A stretch of 58,179 bases of DNA, counting the filler, from Sphacelaria rigidula (Eukaryota): the NCBI GenBank assembly GCA_964200075.2. It is 6 parts of 6 records of this genome, joined end to end, with 100 filler letters (N's around TTAATTAATTAA, not from the genome) between each part and the next. Parts side by side here need not be neighbours in the genome. Positions count along the whole stretch, not along the records: positions 1 to 9,614 come from CAXNAA020008099.1; positions 9,715 to 19,328 come from CAXNAA020008100.1; 4 more parts are not named here. One strand, given 5' to 3'. Below, one piece after another: positions 1-11,124 of the stretch; the first letter of the stretch is position 1; each line of letters starts with the position of its first letter. A program made the translations under genes and the position numbers. The notes below the pieces were generated by a model. The model searched no databases. It saw only the letters and a list, made by a program, of their open reading frames with translations, and was not told where the DNA came from.

Positions 1-3000
1 TAGCCCCTCTACTTCCTTCTCCATCGCACCCAACCCCACACTCTTGTACTTCGAACTGTACACATCCTTCACCGACTTGGGGGCTGACTCAATCTCATCA
101 AGAGTCACGTATGGGATCAACTCCAACCCAGACTCCCCTGAGTGTCTTGGGTCCTCCGCGCTTGCTAGCTGAGCTAGGATCTGTTCCATAGCCCACAAAT
201 CCCCCGTGGCTGTCCACAACGCATTATGATTACCCTCATGCTCCCGCAGGTCTGGAACTTCCTGTTGAAGTCGCTGCTCCTGACGCTGCTGCAGCAAGGC
301 ACGTATCTGTTGCCTTGTCCAGCCAAGTGTCGGCTCAACGGAGTCAGGTTGATTCGCGGCATCCCCGCCGCCGCCGACAGACGATGTCTCCGAAAGATCA
401 TCATCAGAGGATGAAGACGAAGCAGACGGCTGCTGGCCAGACTCTTCGCCGTTGTTGCCGCCTCGCTCCTCCTCAGGTTCCACCACCCCATCAGGTTCCA
501 CCACCCCATCTGGCACACGTTTAGGTTCCTCTGACAAAGCACCACCCGAAACCCCCCCACCAGTGCCGAGATCCGACTCTTCAGAGTCAGAATCAGAGCT
601 CTCGATCGACATCGCCCTCCCCGCTCTCCACATCCTGTGAGTTTTCCCCTCCCGACATAGAAAACGGAACCGCTTGCTGCGATTTGGGGGGGGGGGGGTG
701 AGTGCTGCCAAGTAACATCGCGAGTAGTGATTACATATATCTGTCTTTCGTCTGCATTCTCATGGAATCACGGGGGTAGTTGTAGCCAGGCCCTAAGTAA
801 AAACACTCCTGTGCTTTTGGCATACACTTTGACGTCCTCTTGTACCTACAGTATCCTCGCTTGAAGAAAGGGAGAAGCTTGATTTCAGGCACTTTACCGT
901 AAAACACCTCATCTGGGGACTTCTCCCCAGTGTTAGCAGTGGTAGCAGAACGGTTCAACGCATCTGCTGCCTAACGATACGACTCAGCCCACATCCTTGC
1001 CGGAACATCCACGCCATGCAGTACCTTTGCCTGAATCCTAGCTGCCATAGCGGCTTTCTCAATCATCACGATTGCCCGTTCGGCAACACCATTGTACTCG
1101 GGACTATCTACTGGGGTGTACTCTTGCCTTATGCCATGCTCACGACACAGATCACTGAAAGAACCTGAAAACTCTGCACCACCGTCAGATCTTACGGTCT
1201 CTACAACTGAGGGAATGCCCTGTGCTCCTACATCAGCCAGGTATTGCTTAAACGCCCTCGTGGTGTCACTTTAATGCTTTCTGAAATACATCCAGATTTT
1301 CCGGGTGAAATCATCACGGATGAGAAAAGAGTACGTCATGCCACCTGCACTCTCGACCACTTTCGGGCCAGACGCATCCATGAACACACGCTCAAAAGGC
1401 TTAGCTGCACGCGCAGTGGTGGACGTAGGGATAGGTTTCCGCAACCCCTTCGCCATTAAGCAGCCTTTGCATTCGTTCAACTTACCCACCAGTGTCACCC
1501 CTAGCTGTCTCGCCGTTTCTCGTAACAAACCCTTGTGCAGGTGCCCGTGTGACTGGTGAAACGAAGTTGTGTTCACCTGAATACCGTCAACAGGCATCTT
1601 GCCCGGGGCAAGGACAGCTCGCGCGGATTCATCGGGGTCAGACTGATGGGTTTTCGACGAACAATTGGATGGCAGGCTACGGTGGGTTGCGGTCACGACC
1701 TCGTTCCTGCCGTCCTTCTCAAAAAGCAATTTCTTCCCAACGGGCAACGTGATTTCAGTTCCCTCTCTCGTCAGTCTAATCGGTAAACCATGCTCAACCA
1801 CTACACTCTGCAGGGAGAAAAGGGTTACGTCCAAATCAGGCACATGTGCCACGCGCTTGACACTGAATGTTAACTTGTCTTCGCCACTACCTGTCGATGA
1901 CAAGATTTTTCCAACGCCCAAAATCGGCGCCTTTGGCTGTTAGCCACTGTTACCGTACGATCAGAGCAAGGCTCATAGTCTTACATGCAGTCACGCGAAG
2001 GGGTCATATGACATGTTGCAGCACTGTCTGCAATCCAAACCTCTTGTCCCCCGTCGTCAAGAACTGGGCAGTCCCCTCGTGTACCATCTGCTGCAGACGC
2101 GGATTCGTCAGTCTTGACTGCTATGAAATCAAAGTCTACTGAGTCCTTAAAAGAGTCAGACGTGAACATTGCCATCATTTTGTGGAACTCTTCTGAATGT
2201 CCTTATCCTCCGCACACCTCGCAAACACGTTTTGGGCACTCAGACTTAAAATGCCCAGTTTTGCCACACTCGTAACAGGTGAGGTTTCTCTTGTCTACGG
2301 CTTTCTTCTTATCCGAGGAACTACCGCCACCCCCTGCTTTTCCATCTGACCGTGCATTTCTATCACTTGATCCAGCCACGGATTTCTGCGACTTCCCGCC
2401 CCCTTTTTTCTTACTCCTGTAGCCGGAACCCCTTATCGCCTGCAGACAAGGCACGGTTGTGATCACTACCACGCGAAGTACCGTTTTTTTTCAGAGAAGG
2501 AAATGTATCCTTTACATCGGCTCGGGTCTTGTCAGTCAACAGTGATGGCTCGAAACGCAATTGATCTTGAATCGTGGTGTACTCAGCGGGGAGGGAACAT
2601 AGGAATAAATCCACTATCATCTCACGGGGAATCTCCAATCCCAACGTTACAGAACGCGAGTGCACTGATATGGGCGCGCCTGACCCCGCAAAACGAGCCT
2701 AAAAAGTGTCACCGACCAAAAGCACGAACAGACCGCAGATCTTGTTCATCCCCTGAATATGCACGCCGTAAAATCACCCAAAGCACTTCCGATTTGAGAG
2801 GGGTTTCCATTTCACGGTTTCAAAGTTTTCTCGTCCCGGAGTACGAACCACGGCGTGGCTCGGCTACTCACCGGCGTGTATTTGTGTAGGCTACGATGTT
2901 GGTGCTCAGTTTGGCGAAATAAGTTATGGTGGTCGAGAAAATCGCAAAAAACCTATATTTTCCCCACTTCATTCGTTATAAAACTCGGATGCTGGTGAAT

Positions 3001-5705
3001 TAAAATATTCCAAGCACCAAAGTTGTAGCCGTGGGTTTGGCGCAGGTGATGCAATTATTCGTTTCCCAATCGATAACCTTGGTCAGGAGTATTCTCTGAA
3101 ACAGATTGGGCTATCAGCCCAAACAAGCGCCTCCAACACTCGCCAGTTTCCACGACATGCGAAAATCTCACCCCTGTCCAAGGGCCTCAGAATAGATACC
3201 CCCGTGAATGACTCTTGATACGCAGATGGTTGATACATCGCATGTGTGGAATGTTCGACAGGTGTAGAATTCGAACGTTCGACCCAACCCCTAGAGGCTT
3301 CCGTGTCTACGGATATTTACCCCCATCTGTGCATCGCTTGTGATAGTGCCAACAGTCGCGCTCGTTCTCCTGCGCCCGGTGCCATCACCACACCACTATC
3401 GATAGCGTAGATTAGATGGCAGCAAGTATAGATAAACTCTGAACTGAAGAAAAGAAAGCCACAGAGCAAGCTGGCGTTCAAGAAGAGAGAGCATTATCCG
3501 CAATGGCAACACACTCCAACAGCCGATATAGACATGATCATGAGTCGCACGAACGAAAGCAAAAATCATCTTTGCGATCTTACAGCAGCGACGCGAACAA
3601 ATTATGAAACCAAACCTAACCCTAACCACAACAAGGGCATACCGAGAATCCTCGGGCAAGGCCGATGCAACGTGTTCCTTGAGCGAAGTGTGCGTTGGCA
3701 GACCTCAAATCGGTGCCTCAGGCCCCGCTTTAGACAAAAATGCGTTGTGGGCATACTAGGAGCATGCTAGGAGCACAGCTCCCATGAAAAGATCCGGATT
3801 TCCGTGTTCACACTCTAACCAAGATGGACCAACTTACCCTCCCGAATGGTCAACTAGATACTGCGTCAAGACGACACAAAAGACAGCATAAAGTCGTCGT
3901 CTCACTTTTGCTGAAGTCACATGACACCGAAACCTCATTCATGCCTTTCAGTGCACCAACCCGTCCTAAGACACGCGTCCGTTGTATCGGCAGTGGTGGG
4001 TGACGGCCGACGGTTTTTCATTCCCTCTTAAAACACGATATCTTGGGAGTCCGATGAAAATCTAGCATATTCATGGAATGAAAAGGCATACCCACGGAAC
4101 AACAAATACACTTGCACAGGGCGAGTCATTCATTGGCGAAAGCTGTAGAACGATGGGGTCCGTGAATCAAACTCCTCAAAACATGACGAGGAAGTCGACC
4201 AACATCCGCCCAGCCTACACGACACATCCGATGTAAGGACCGTCTTCATTGAAGTTCATCAGTACATATGATTATGTCGCATATTGAGGATATGAGTTTG
4301 CCCCAATTTCAATCCGCGTTCCATAAAATAAATGGTCCAGCGTTCCGGTTTCAGTTACTGTACCGGCGTTGGGATACAAATGTTTATGGTTGATGTTACT
4401 TGGTTTGAGTTTGTACGACGAGAATCGGAATTCAGTTAGGACTGACAGTCCCGTCGGCTCCTCGTGTGAGCAGAACGTGTTTTCGTTGATATCGGCGCCA
4501 CAGGCGTAGATTTAGGCTCTACCAAGGCCTCACTTTGTTCAGAGGATGTATGTACCGCCCTTGCCCAAGGGTTCTCGGTGTGCGTTGGGTTGGGTCAACC
4601 CATCTAGCCTCCTAGCATTCCAGCGTATCGCAAGCGCGGACGAAAAGCGATGCAGTGGCATGCAATATATGAGGAACATGGAGGGAAGTAGCGGTAGGGT
4701 TCTCTATATGAATTATTTATTCATGTCGTTCTCTTCCGATGACGTAAGGCGTATTTTACCCGACGGGCCTAGATAAGCCCCAAAAGTCGATCTGTTCGTG
4801 TCTTTTCGTGGTTTTGGTCGGTGGCACTTTTTTTGCCCATTTTGGGGGGTCAGGCGCGCCCATAACTGACTGTAGTTGGATCCAGAACTCATCTGTGTCC
4901 TGCCCTCTTGTGTACTTCAGATTGTTGAACTCGTCTAAGACATCCATCCTAGCTCCCGAGGTTTTGGGAGAGAACTGTTCGTCCAATGCACGCCATGCTA
5001 TGAAGGTGATCGCGAATCCACAAGTATATGTCTCGCGACCGGATCCTCGACAGTGTTGCGAAGCAAAATATACTCAAAGCGAGCTCGCTTGATGTCGTCC
5101 TGACTGACACCCGAACCTAACAGCTGCGGTTCATTTAGAGGATCAGCACAAAGCGTTTGGTCGCGAAACAATCCATCTCCGAAACCCCACATGAACGCAT
5201 ATCGCTCTACATCACGCTTAAAAGTCGTCCATCTATGACGTTTGTTACTAGTACCCCTCGTGATGTCCTTCGCTTTCAACGTCCTAGAATCCACACTCAT
5301 CAGTAACGACGCTGATTTTGTACTTCCCCGGTTTTGCAAACTGCCATCGACATCTCGCATACCTCCTGTACTGGGAAAACCAAGACCAGACATTATTCCT
5401 AACGATGTGCCAGGGGCATGGGTACCTGTTGTGCCCCTGGGCGGTGCTCCAGTCCCCGCCCTCAGTCGACCCAATCCCAGACCGGCCGACCTGGTGTGTG
5501 TTGTGCCAGCCCCAAACTCTCTCGGGGCTGCTCCTTCTTGGGCTCCCAGCTGAGGCGGCCCTGTCCCCCCAGCTGTACTAACCCCCCTCTCTCGAGACGC
5601 TTTCCATTCTTCAAAGCTGTAGAATTCCTCTGGTGTTACCACCAACGACTGAGGTGGAGCCTCCAGCTCCTCCACCACACTCCGCTCTTCTCCTGCACCA
5701 CTCAT
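1..5705 (-). mobile_element. Degenerate Ty1/copia LTR retrotransposon (gag-PR-IN-start of RT), interrupted by a TIR element
   Basis: Gag from ATG 5705, frameshifted near 4998. Zinc knuckle CYECGKTGHFKSEC (~2240-2280). Protease WIADSAATCHM (~2000-2040). GAG-pre-integrase HQSHGHLH...CKGC. Integrase FMDASGP / IRDDFTRKIW / VRSDGGAEF / PEYNGVAER (~1080-1390). Pre-RT PKSVKDVYSSKYKSVGLGAMEKEVEGL at the window start. PR-IN-RT order is copia type. Several stops and frameshifts. Confidence 0.95.
2669..4864. mobile_element. Non-autonomous TIR DNA transposon (2196 bp), TATGGG...CCCATA termini, 5-bp TSD ACTGA
   Basis: About 70-bp imperfect TIR: tatgggcgcgcctgaccccgcaaaacgagcctaaaaagtgtcaccgaccaaaagcacg versus revcomp tatgggcgcgcctgaccccccaaaatgggcaaaaaaaagtgccaccgaccaaaaccacg. 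ACTGA at 2664-2668 and 4865-4869. Removing it restores the gag frame (FWIQLQSV-HSRSVTLGLEIP). Confidence 0.93.
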
Positions 5706-5844
5706 GATACAGCCTTATCTTACGCAATTACTCTACTCTTGTTCCAAGGAACGCGCTAACGTGTTCGGTAGAGTGTAGAGTTATATGGCTTGAGCACTCA
5801 CTGCTCAACCAAAAACATAGAAGGCAATCTCGCACAGCGTCCGC

Positions 5845-6209
5845 TGTCGATATTGAAGGCACAGAAGCAGAAGAGTATAGTTGTCTTTTATTGTCTCATT
5901 CATATCAGACCGCTCATGGGTAGCAAAGCACACACACACACACGCACACACTGAACACGGTGGGGCGACAGATGCGGAGGTACATCATCGTCGACTCTTT
6001 CTCGAGCTACGGCAAATATCTCCTGTTTCATCCTGCAGAAACGTACCGTATACCATAAGATAACTCCCCGTCGTTTCCGGATCATTCAAGAACAAAAGTG
6101 AGAACAACGAACACTTTCAAGAGCATTGCGAGAATCGATCCGAAGCGTCGTTCTACAGTACCACTCCTGGAAATCACCAGTACCGTTTCTCATCGATTAA
6201 TCCGCCACA
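5845..6209 (-). repeat. Possible 5' LTR of the copia element (boundaries uncertain)
   Basis: Lies just upstream of the gag ATG, has candidate TG...CA ends and a minus-strand AATAAA near 5888. The partner LTR is outside the piece, so this cannot be confirmed. Confidence 0.3.
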
Positions 6210-6229
6210 TTTTCCTCCGATAGTCTCGT

Positions 6230-6757
6230 CAGAGTATCCTGGATCTTACATTTACCATGAGTGCAATCAAACGATTAACAAAGCCACCATTTCTCACAGT
6301 GCAATCACCGTGTCGTAGCGATTCGGCACCACGATCTTCCCATCCGTCCTCCATACATATGCCATCATCGGAGCGTCGGTGGGAATGGATGCCGTTTCCA
6401 AGATAAGGTCCACCGCCAACGACAGCCCCACCCCCCCTGTCTGAATGATCTCGGCATACCCCATACAAACGCGGGACACTGCTTACCCAACCCGATATTG
6501 ACCCTCTACTCTTTAAGGTGCCCGACCGCTGTGGGCAAATATGTGGTGCCACCAAGTCGCAGAGAGTGTGAAGCAAACTCTGCTGGCGGAAGGCCGACAA
6601 ACGCCATCATTTTTCGGAGTGCAGACACTGCATCGTACCACTTCCGCACCATCATGTTACCATCCGCCCCACCCATATGTCATCAACGGAGCAACGGAGC
6701 ATCGGCCGGAAAAGAAGACGTTTTCGACATGAGATCCAACATCAAAGCTACGGTCTC
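6230..6757 (-). pseudogene. Two tandem C-terminal fragments of a tyrosine recombinase (DIRS/Ngaro-type YR remnant)
   Basis: Manual translation gives ...WYDAVSALRKMMAFVGLPPAEFASHSLRLGGTTYL, with HSLRxGG at 6568-6548, then frameshifted GW...MGYA (catalytic Tyr region). A second similar stretch at 6440-6260 reads AVDLILETASIPTDAPMMAYVWRTDGKIVVPNRYDTVIAL*EMVAL...LHS. Confidence 0.75.
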
Positions 6758-6929
6758 TGTAATGCGTGAGAGGACCGCGTGCTTAGTGGACCGCATCGGA
6801 GTTTGAACATCCTTATGGTTAGGGTTAGTGTTAGTGTTAGTGTTGGGGTTGGGGTCAGGGGCGTGGTCCCTGCAGGGACTGACCCGATTGGTTTTGAAAA
6901 ACGTCGATCCTGAGGCCGTTCGGACTACG
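6758..6929 (+). mobile_element. 3'-truncated copy of the telomere-repeat-containing MITE (see 42633-42842)
   Basis: Colinear with 42633-42802. Begins TGTAATGCGTGAGAGGACCGC and has internal GGTTAGGGTTAGTGTTAGTG. Confidence 0.85.
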
Positions 6930-8328
6930 ATGGGAAGCGTAAAGTTGTATTGAAGCATATATCGTGTTCGTGTTATCGCCGTCGCCCTACATTTGCAAGG
7001 GCCGGCAGCAAGCCAGCGCTGAGACGCGAGCCGTTTCCCGGCAATTTCCCGCTAGGTCATCCCGCACGAGTCCCAGCCACTACCATGCCTGTTTTCAAGT
7101 ACACGTACAGGACTTGCTTCCAGGTATGTCACAGACTATAAGTTGAAAACTGCTGTTTCTCGGGCAGACAGAAGACAGCATCAAGCGTCAAGCAGCTGCG
7201 CGCTAGGCCGAGGGGCCCCATATCGGGAAATGACGGCACCACCACCCCCTTGGTCGCCCAAACTTCATTCTGGGGCCGTAGGAGGGCAGTGGAGGGGGAC
7301 CCCCGGGTACCATATATGAGAAGGGGGGGTACCCCCTGATCGATGGATGATGGCGGTAGTAGTTGCTGTGTGTGTGCGTGCGCATCGGTCTTGAAACATA
7401 CATCCATGCCTTTAAAATATGCTCCTTGCTAGGTTTCAGCTCCGTAAGCGCCCTTAACCCTTTTGGGACCAACCCCCCACTAACACAGGGTTGACCCTGT
7501 GTTAGTGAAATAATAATACACAAGTCTTCGAGCGACCTACCCAATCACGGCGAGGCGAAATTTATCGAACAGACCCGAACGACCAATGCTGGGGTTGTTG
7601 GCGAGTATGATGCCACTGTAAAGATCGTGTGGGGACCCTATCCCTGGCCCAGATAAGCCTTCGCAGGTTTGCAAGTGCAGGGCGGTCGGAGCTTGGTTGT
7701 ATGATATGACTTGCACTCAGTATACCGTTCCCGAGTTTTCCGGTGGGTTTTTTGGGTCTCAATTTCCTACTAAAACGTAGTAATTACACTAACATAGGGT
7801 CGACCGGAAAACCGGGAAGGAGTGTACATGCTACCATGAGATCATTTTCACCACGCCCTAAAACCAGGTGGGCTGTGGAAAGACAAAATGATCTACTGTC
7901 ATGAGTTCTGCTTATCCGGCTGGCGATGACTTGCAGGGTGCAGTTAATATTTATGTAGTGGGTGGGGATGAAGAAGCGGTATGTAGGCAGTTGATCTCGG
8001 TAGCTGAGAATTGCCCAGAAGGTGTAAGGGAGTATGCAGCGGCAGCTGCGGCTTCAATCGGAGAGGCGTACTACACTGTACTGTACTGTACTATACTGTT
8101 GCATGCATGCGTGCCGCAACACTGATACCATTCGAAGAGAATTTGCCGCATGTAACAAAGGGGGGAATAGCGGCCCACCCCGACCACAAAGGGTTGTGTG
8201 GCAAGGTGATGGGGACAAAAGTATTATCCAAAGCCACAAGTGGCGGGCGGCCCGCCGGTCGCCGCATCCTGTTGGAAGCTCTCTACCGCGATCCATACTG
8301 CTTGCTACATCATCAGATGTACACCATT

Positions 8329-9160
8329 AACAGCCTGGAATCGTTATTGAGGTTTAACATTTTTATGAGGTTTAACGGACCATCGAAATTCCATCTACTT
8401 TGTTCAAAAGGCTTGGGAGTCGCAACCGGTTTCGTCCATGTGCCCCTAGTTCAGAAGTTTCTGAACTGGAGCGAAAGCATGATGGTGTGTAGTCCAACCG
8501 AAAAGCCGCCCTAATTCATTGTGCCGCGTCTATCGAGCAAGCCTTGCGTCTAAGCGCTGCGGAACACGTAACAAAGCATGCTGAAAACATACTTCTTTGG
8601 ACTAGTCATCGAGTTTTCCAGCGCCTCTTGTGTATTTGAGAGAGACTTCATACTGTTGCACCGGCGACGACCGCCGTCAGCGAAACGATCCAATGCGGCG
8701 GCAGACGCCAACGATCTTCGAAACGCAGCGTCATTCAGCAGTCTGCTGATATATGCCATCACCATAGCACAGCATCACCACAGTACAGTGGCCAGTTAGA
8801 TCAAATGGGTGCCCCACGATGAAACTGCACACACACACAACGGGGGTAAGGGTTAGTCCGACGCCTGGGGTTGTTTCGCCAGTAGTGCCCATGCGAGGCG
8901 CTTCATGTAGTCTGAACCAGCTATCACGCCTTGTATGGTCACCTTCGCCGTGGCTGTGTTGAGAACCGGGTTTCGCGGTGGAGCTGTTGAACAACACTAC
9001 TGTTGTAAGGCAACGCGCTTCAAAACTTCGAGCCGTTTTTTTTGTTTATAAGCCGCGGCAGCTGTAGTTTGAATATCCCTTCTGACGGTCCCAAACGGGC
9101 GCTGATGCAGCGACGAAAAGCCCTGGCACCGTTATCCCCAGATGGGATTTGCGACAACCT
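8329..9160 (+). mobile_element. Long-TIR non-autonomous element, copy 1 (left TIR plus body)
   Basis: 8329-8480 (AACAGCCTGGAATCGTTATT...) is the reverse complement of 29815-29966. 8570-9150 aligns directly with 29142-29720. Confidence 0.85.
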
Positions 9161-9554
9161 CAGTGTTAGAGTCAGACTCCAGGGCAAATCCGGAAATAAC
9201 GGGTTGTTTTCTTGGAAAGCAGTCGTTCATTTTTCAGCAGGTGTCAAGTGTTAGAGCAAGGAAATTTCGGTTTTGAACAGGGGAACATGTACTCACGATA
9301 CCCCTGAATACTGTTCTACATATTTCATTCCGAGCGATGTTCACCTAAAACCCCACAGTTGTTGCGAATTCCATCTCAGGGGAGGGTGCCAGGGCTTTTC
9401 GTCGCTGCATCAGCGCCCGTTTGGGACCGTCAGAAGGGATATTCAAACTACAGCTGCCGCGGCTTATAAACAAAAAAAAACGGCTCGAAGTTTTGAAGCG
9501 CGTTGCCTTACAACAGTAGTGTTGTTCAACAGCTCCACCGCGAAACCCGGTTCT
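8962..9554. repeat. Near-perfect inverted repeat, arms 8962-9130 and 9385-9554, 254-bp spacer
   Basis: The arms are exact reverse complements except for one base in a T/A homopolymer. Confidence 0.92.
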
Positions 9555-9614
9555 GTAGCCAAAATACACCAAGGCGTAGTAGATGTAGCATGTAGGATCC
9601 TGGATGATGACCAG

Positions 9615-9714
9615 NNNNNNNNNNNNNNNNNNNNNNNNNNNNNNNNNNNNNNNNNNNNTTAATTAATTAANNNNNNNNNNNNNNNNNNNNNNNNNNNNNN
9701 NNNNNNNNNNNNNN
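9615..9714. other. Artificial linker 44N-TTAATTAATTAA-44N (also 19329-19428, 29042-29141, 38755-38854, 48468-48567)
   Basis: Identical 100-bp spacers with six-frame stops at 9713-9714-bp periodicity. Confidence 0.99.
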
Positions 9715-11124
9715 CATTGGCATGGAGACCGCTGAGATGACAGACACACCGCCCCTCCAAGCTCATCACCTACCATGATTACATATATGAGACCATGTTT
9801 CGTGTCGTGTCCCTCGACTACACACCACTAGAACGGGAAAATTTGGCGAGGCGTGAGATAATGTTGCTACTTTGGCTATAATAGGCTGTCGTTACCGTGC
9901 GCTCGTGTATTGTACATAGATGTGTGTGAGCGCTTCCGGCATCCGAGTTCATCGGGACAGGGCGGGCAAGGAGAAGAAGCAAATATTATACGAACCTCGT
10001 CAAGCCCGCCAGAATTTTCGGTTTTCATCAGAGTTTGTTGATCAATTTCTTCTGACAGTATCAACGAAAAAAATGAAAAACATGATGATGATGGCAAGTT
10101 AAAAAAAATGGGATTCCTGCATTTATTTTCTGGGAACATTATAATAATAAGATTGCCATAATAATATATATGTTGAACCTCGTTCACATATATTCTGGGA
10201 AACCCTAACCCAGGCTACCGCCAGCAGATTATATAAAAAGACCGACACAATGTACATGCGGTGGTGGTGCCAAAAGAAGGGATTTCCCACAACACATATA
10301 TATATATATAATATATATATAAACAACACACATATATATATATATATAATATACACACATACGTACCACCTGACTTAAAATCTATATCCCTCTTCATGAT
10401 TATTACATGCTGCCGCAGCTTGCCTAGGTGGTACCTCGGAGTCATGACGAAATATACTACAACATATAAAATAGAAAGTAAGAATACCCTCAAGCGACCT
10501 GTTATTGTATTTCACGCATTCGTTACAATCAGTACTACAATATATTATTATTACTTATCATCATCACTCCTTCTTCTCTTCCTCCCCCTCTTCCTTATTC
10601 CCCTACTTCCTTTTGTACTCTCCGTGGAGTCTCGTGAACAACGGGGACGAATAAGAATATTTGAAAAAAAGTTCTAGTGTGATAGCGAGTTATGCTCGAG
10701 ATATGTTCTCATCTATACACAAACGGGTACTCTGGCTTGCAGCTTTCGTCATCACAGCTCCACTAAAAAAATGAACGAAATGAGAAGCTATATTCTTACG
10801 CAACAATGAAATCAATCTGGCCAGCAGTAATGCTGTATACAAGGAGTGCATCACAATATCCTTGCACAGATACACATCTACGGGAGTTATAGAGACAAAA
10901 CATGCAGTACAATAGGAAGTATGACGTCAACTAAGCGCGGTCAAAATCTAAACCACAAACCTCGGTAGAACAAATAAAAATATCTGGAATTTTGAATAAA
11001 AAGTTCGCTCCTCGTCCAAAATAAAAAGAAAATAATATGATCCCGACCTTATTTTTTTCGTGTTGTGGTTGGTCTGATTCATCCGCATCTGAGTCTGTGG
11101 TCTGTCGTTTCGTCGTTTCACTAG

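Noticed and set aside
3105..3125. gggctatcagccca as a copia primer-binding site
   Set aside because: No LTR or gag follows, and it is a short palindrome inside the TIR element.
6230..6757. Endogenous phaeovirus integrase
   Set aside because: No viral hallmark genes or gene-dense intronless region nearby; the motif context fits DIRS-type YRs better.
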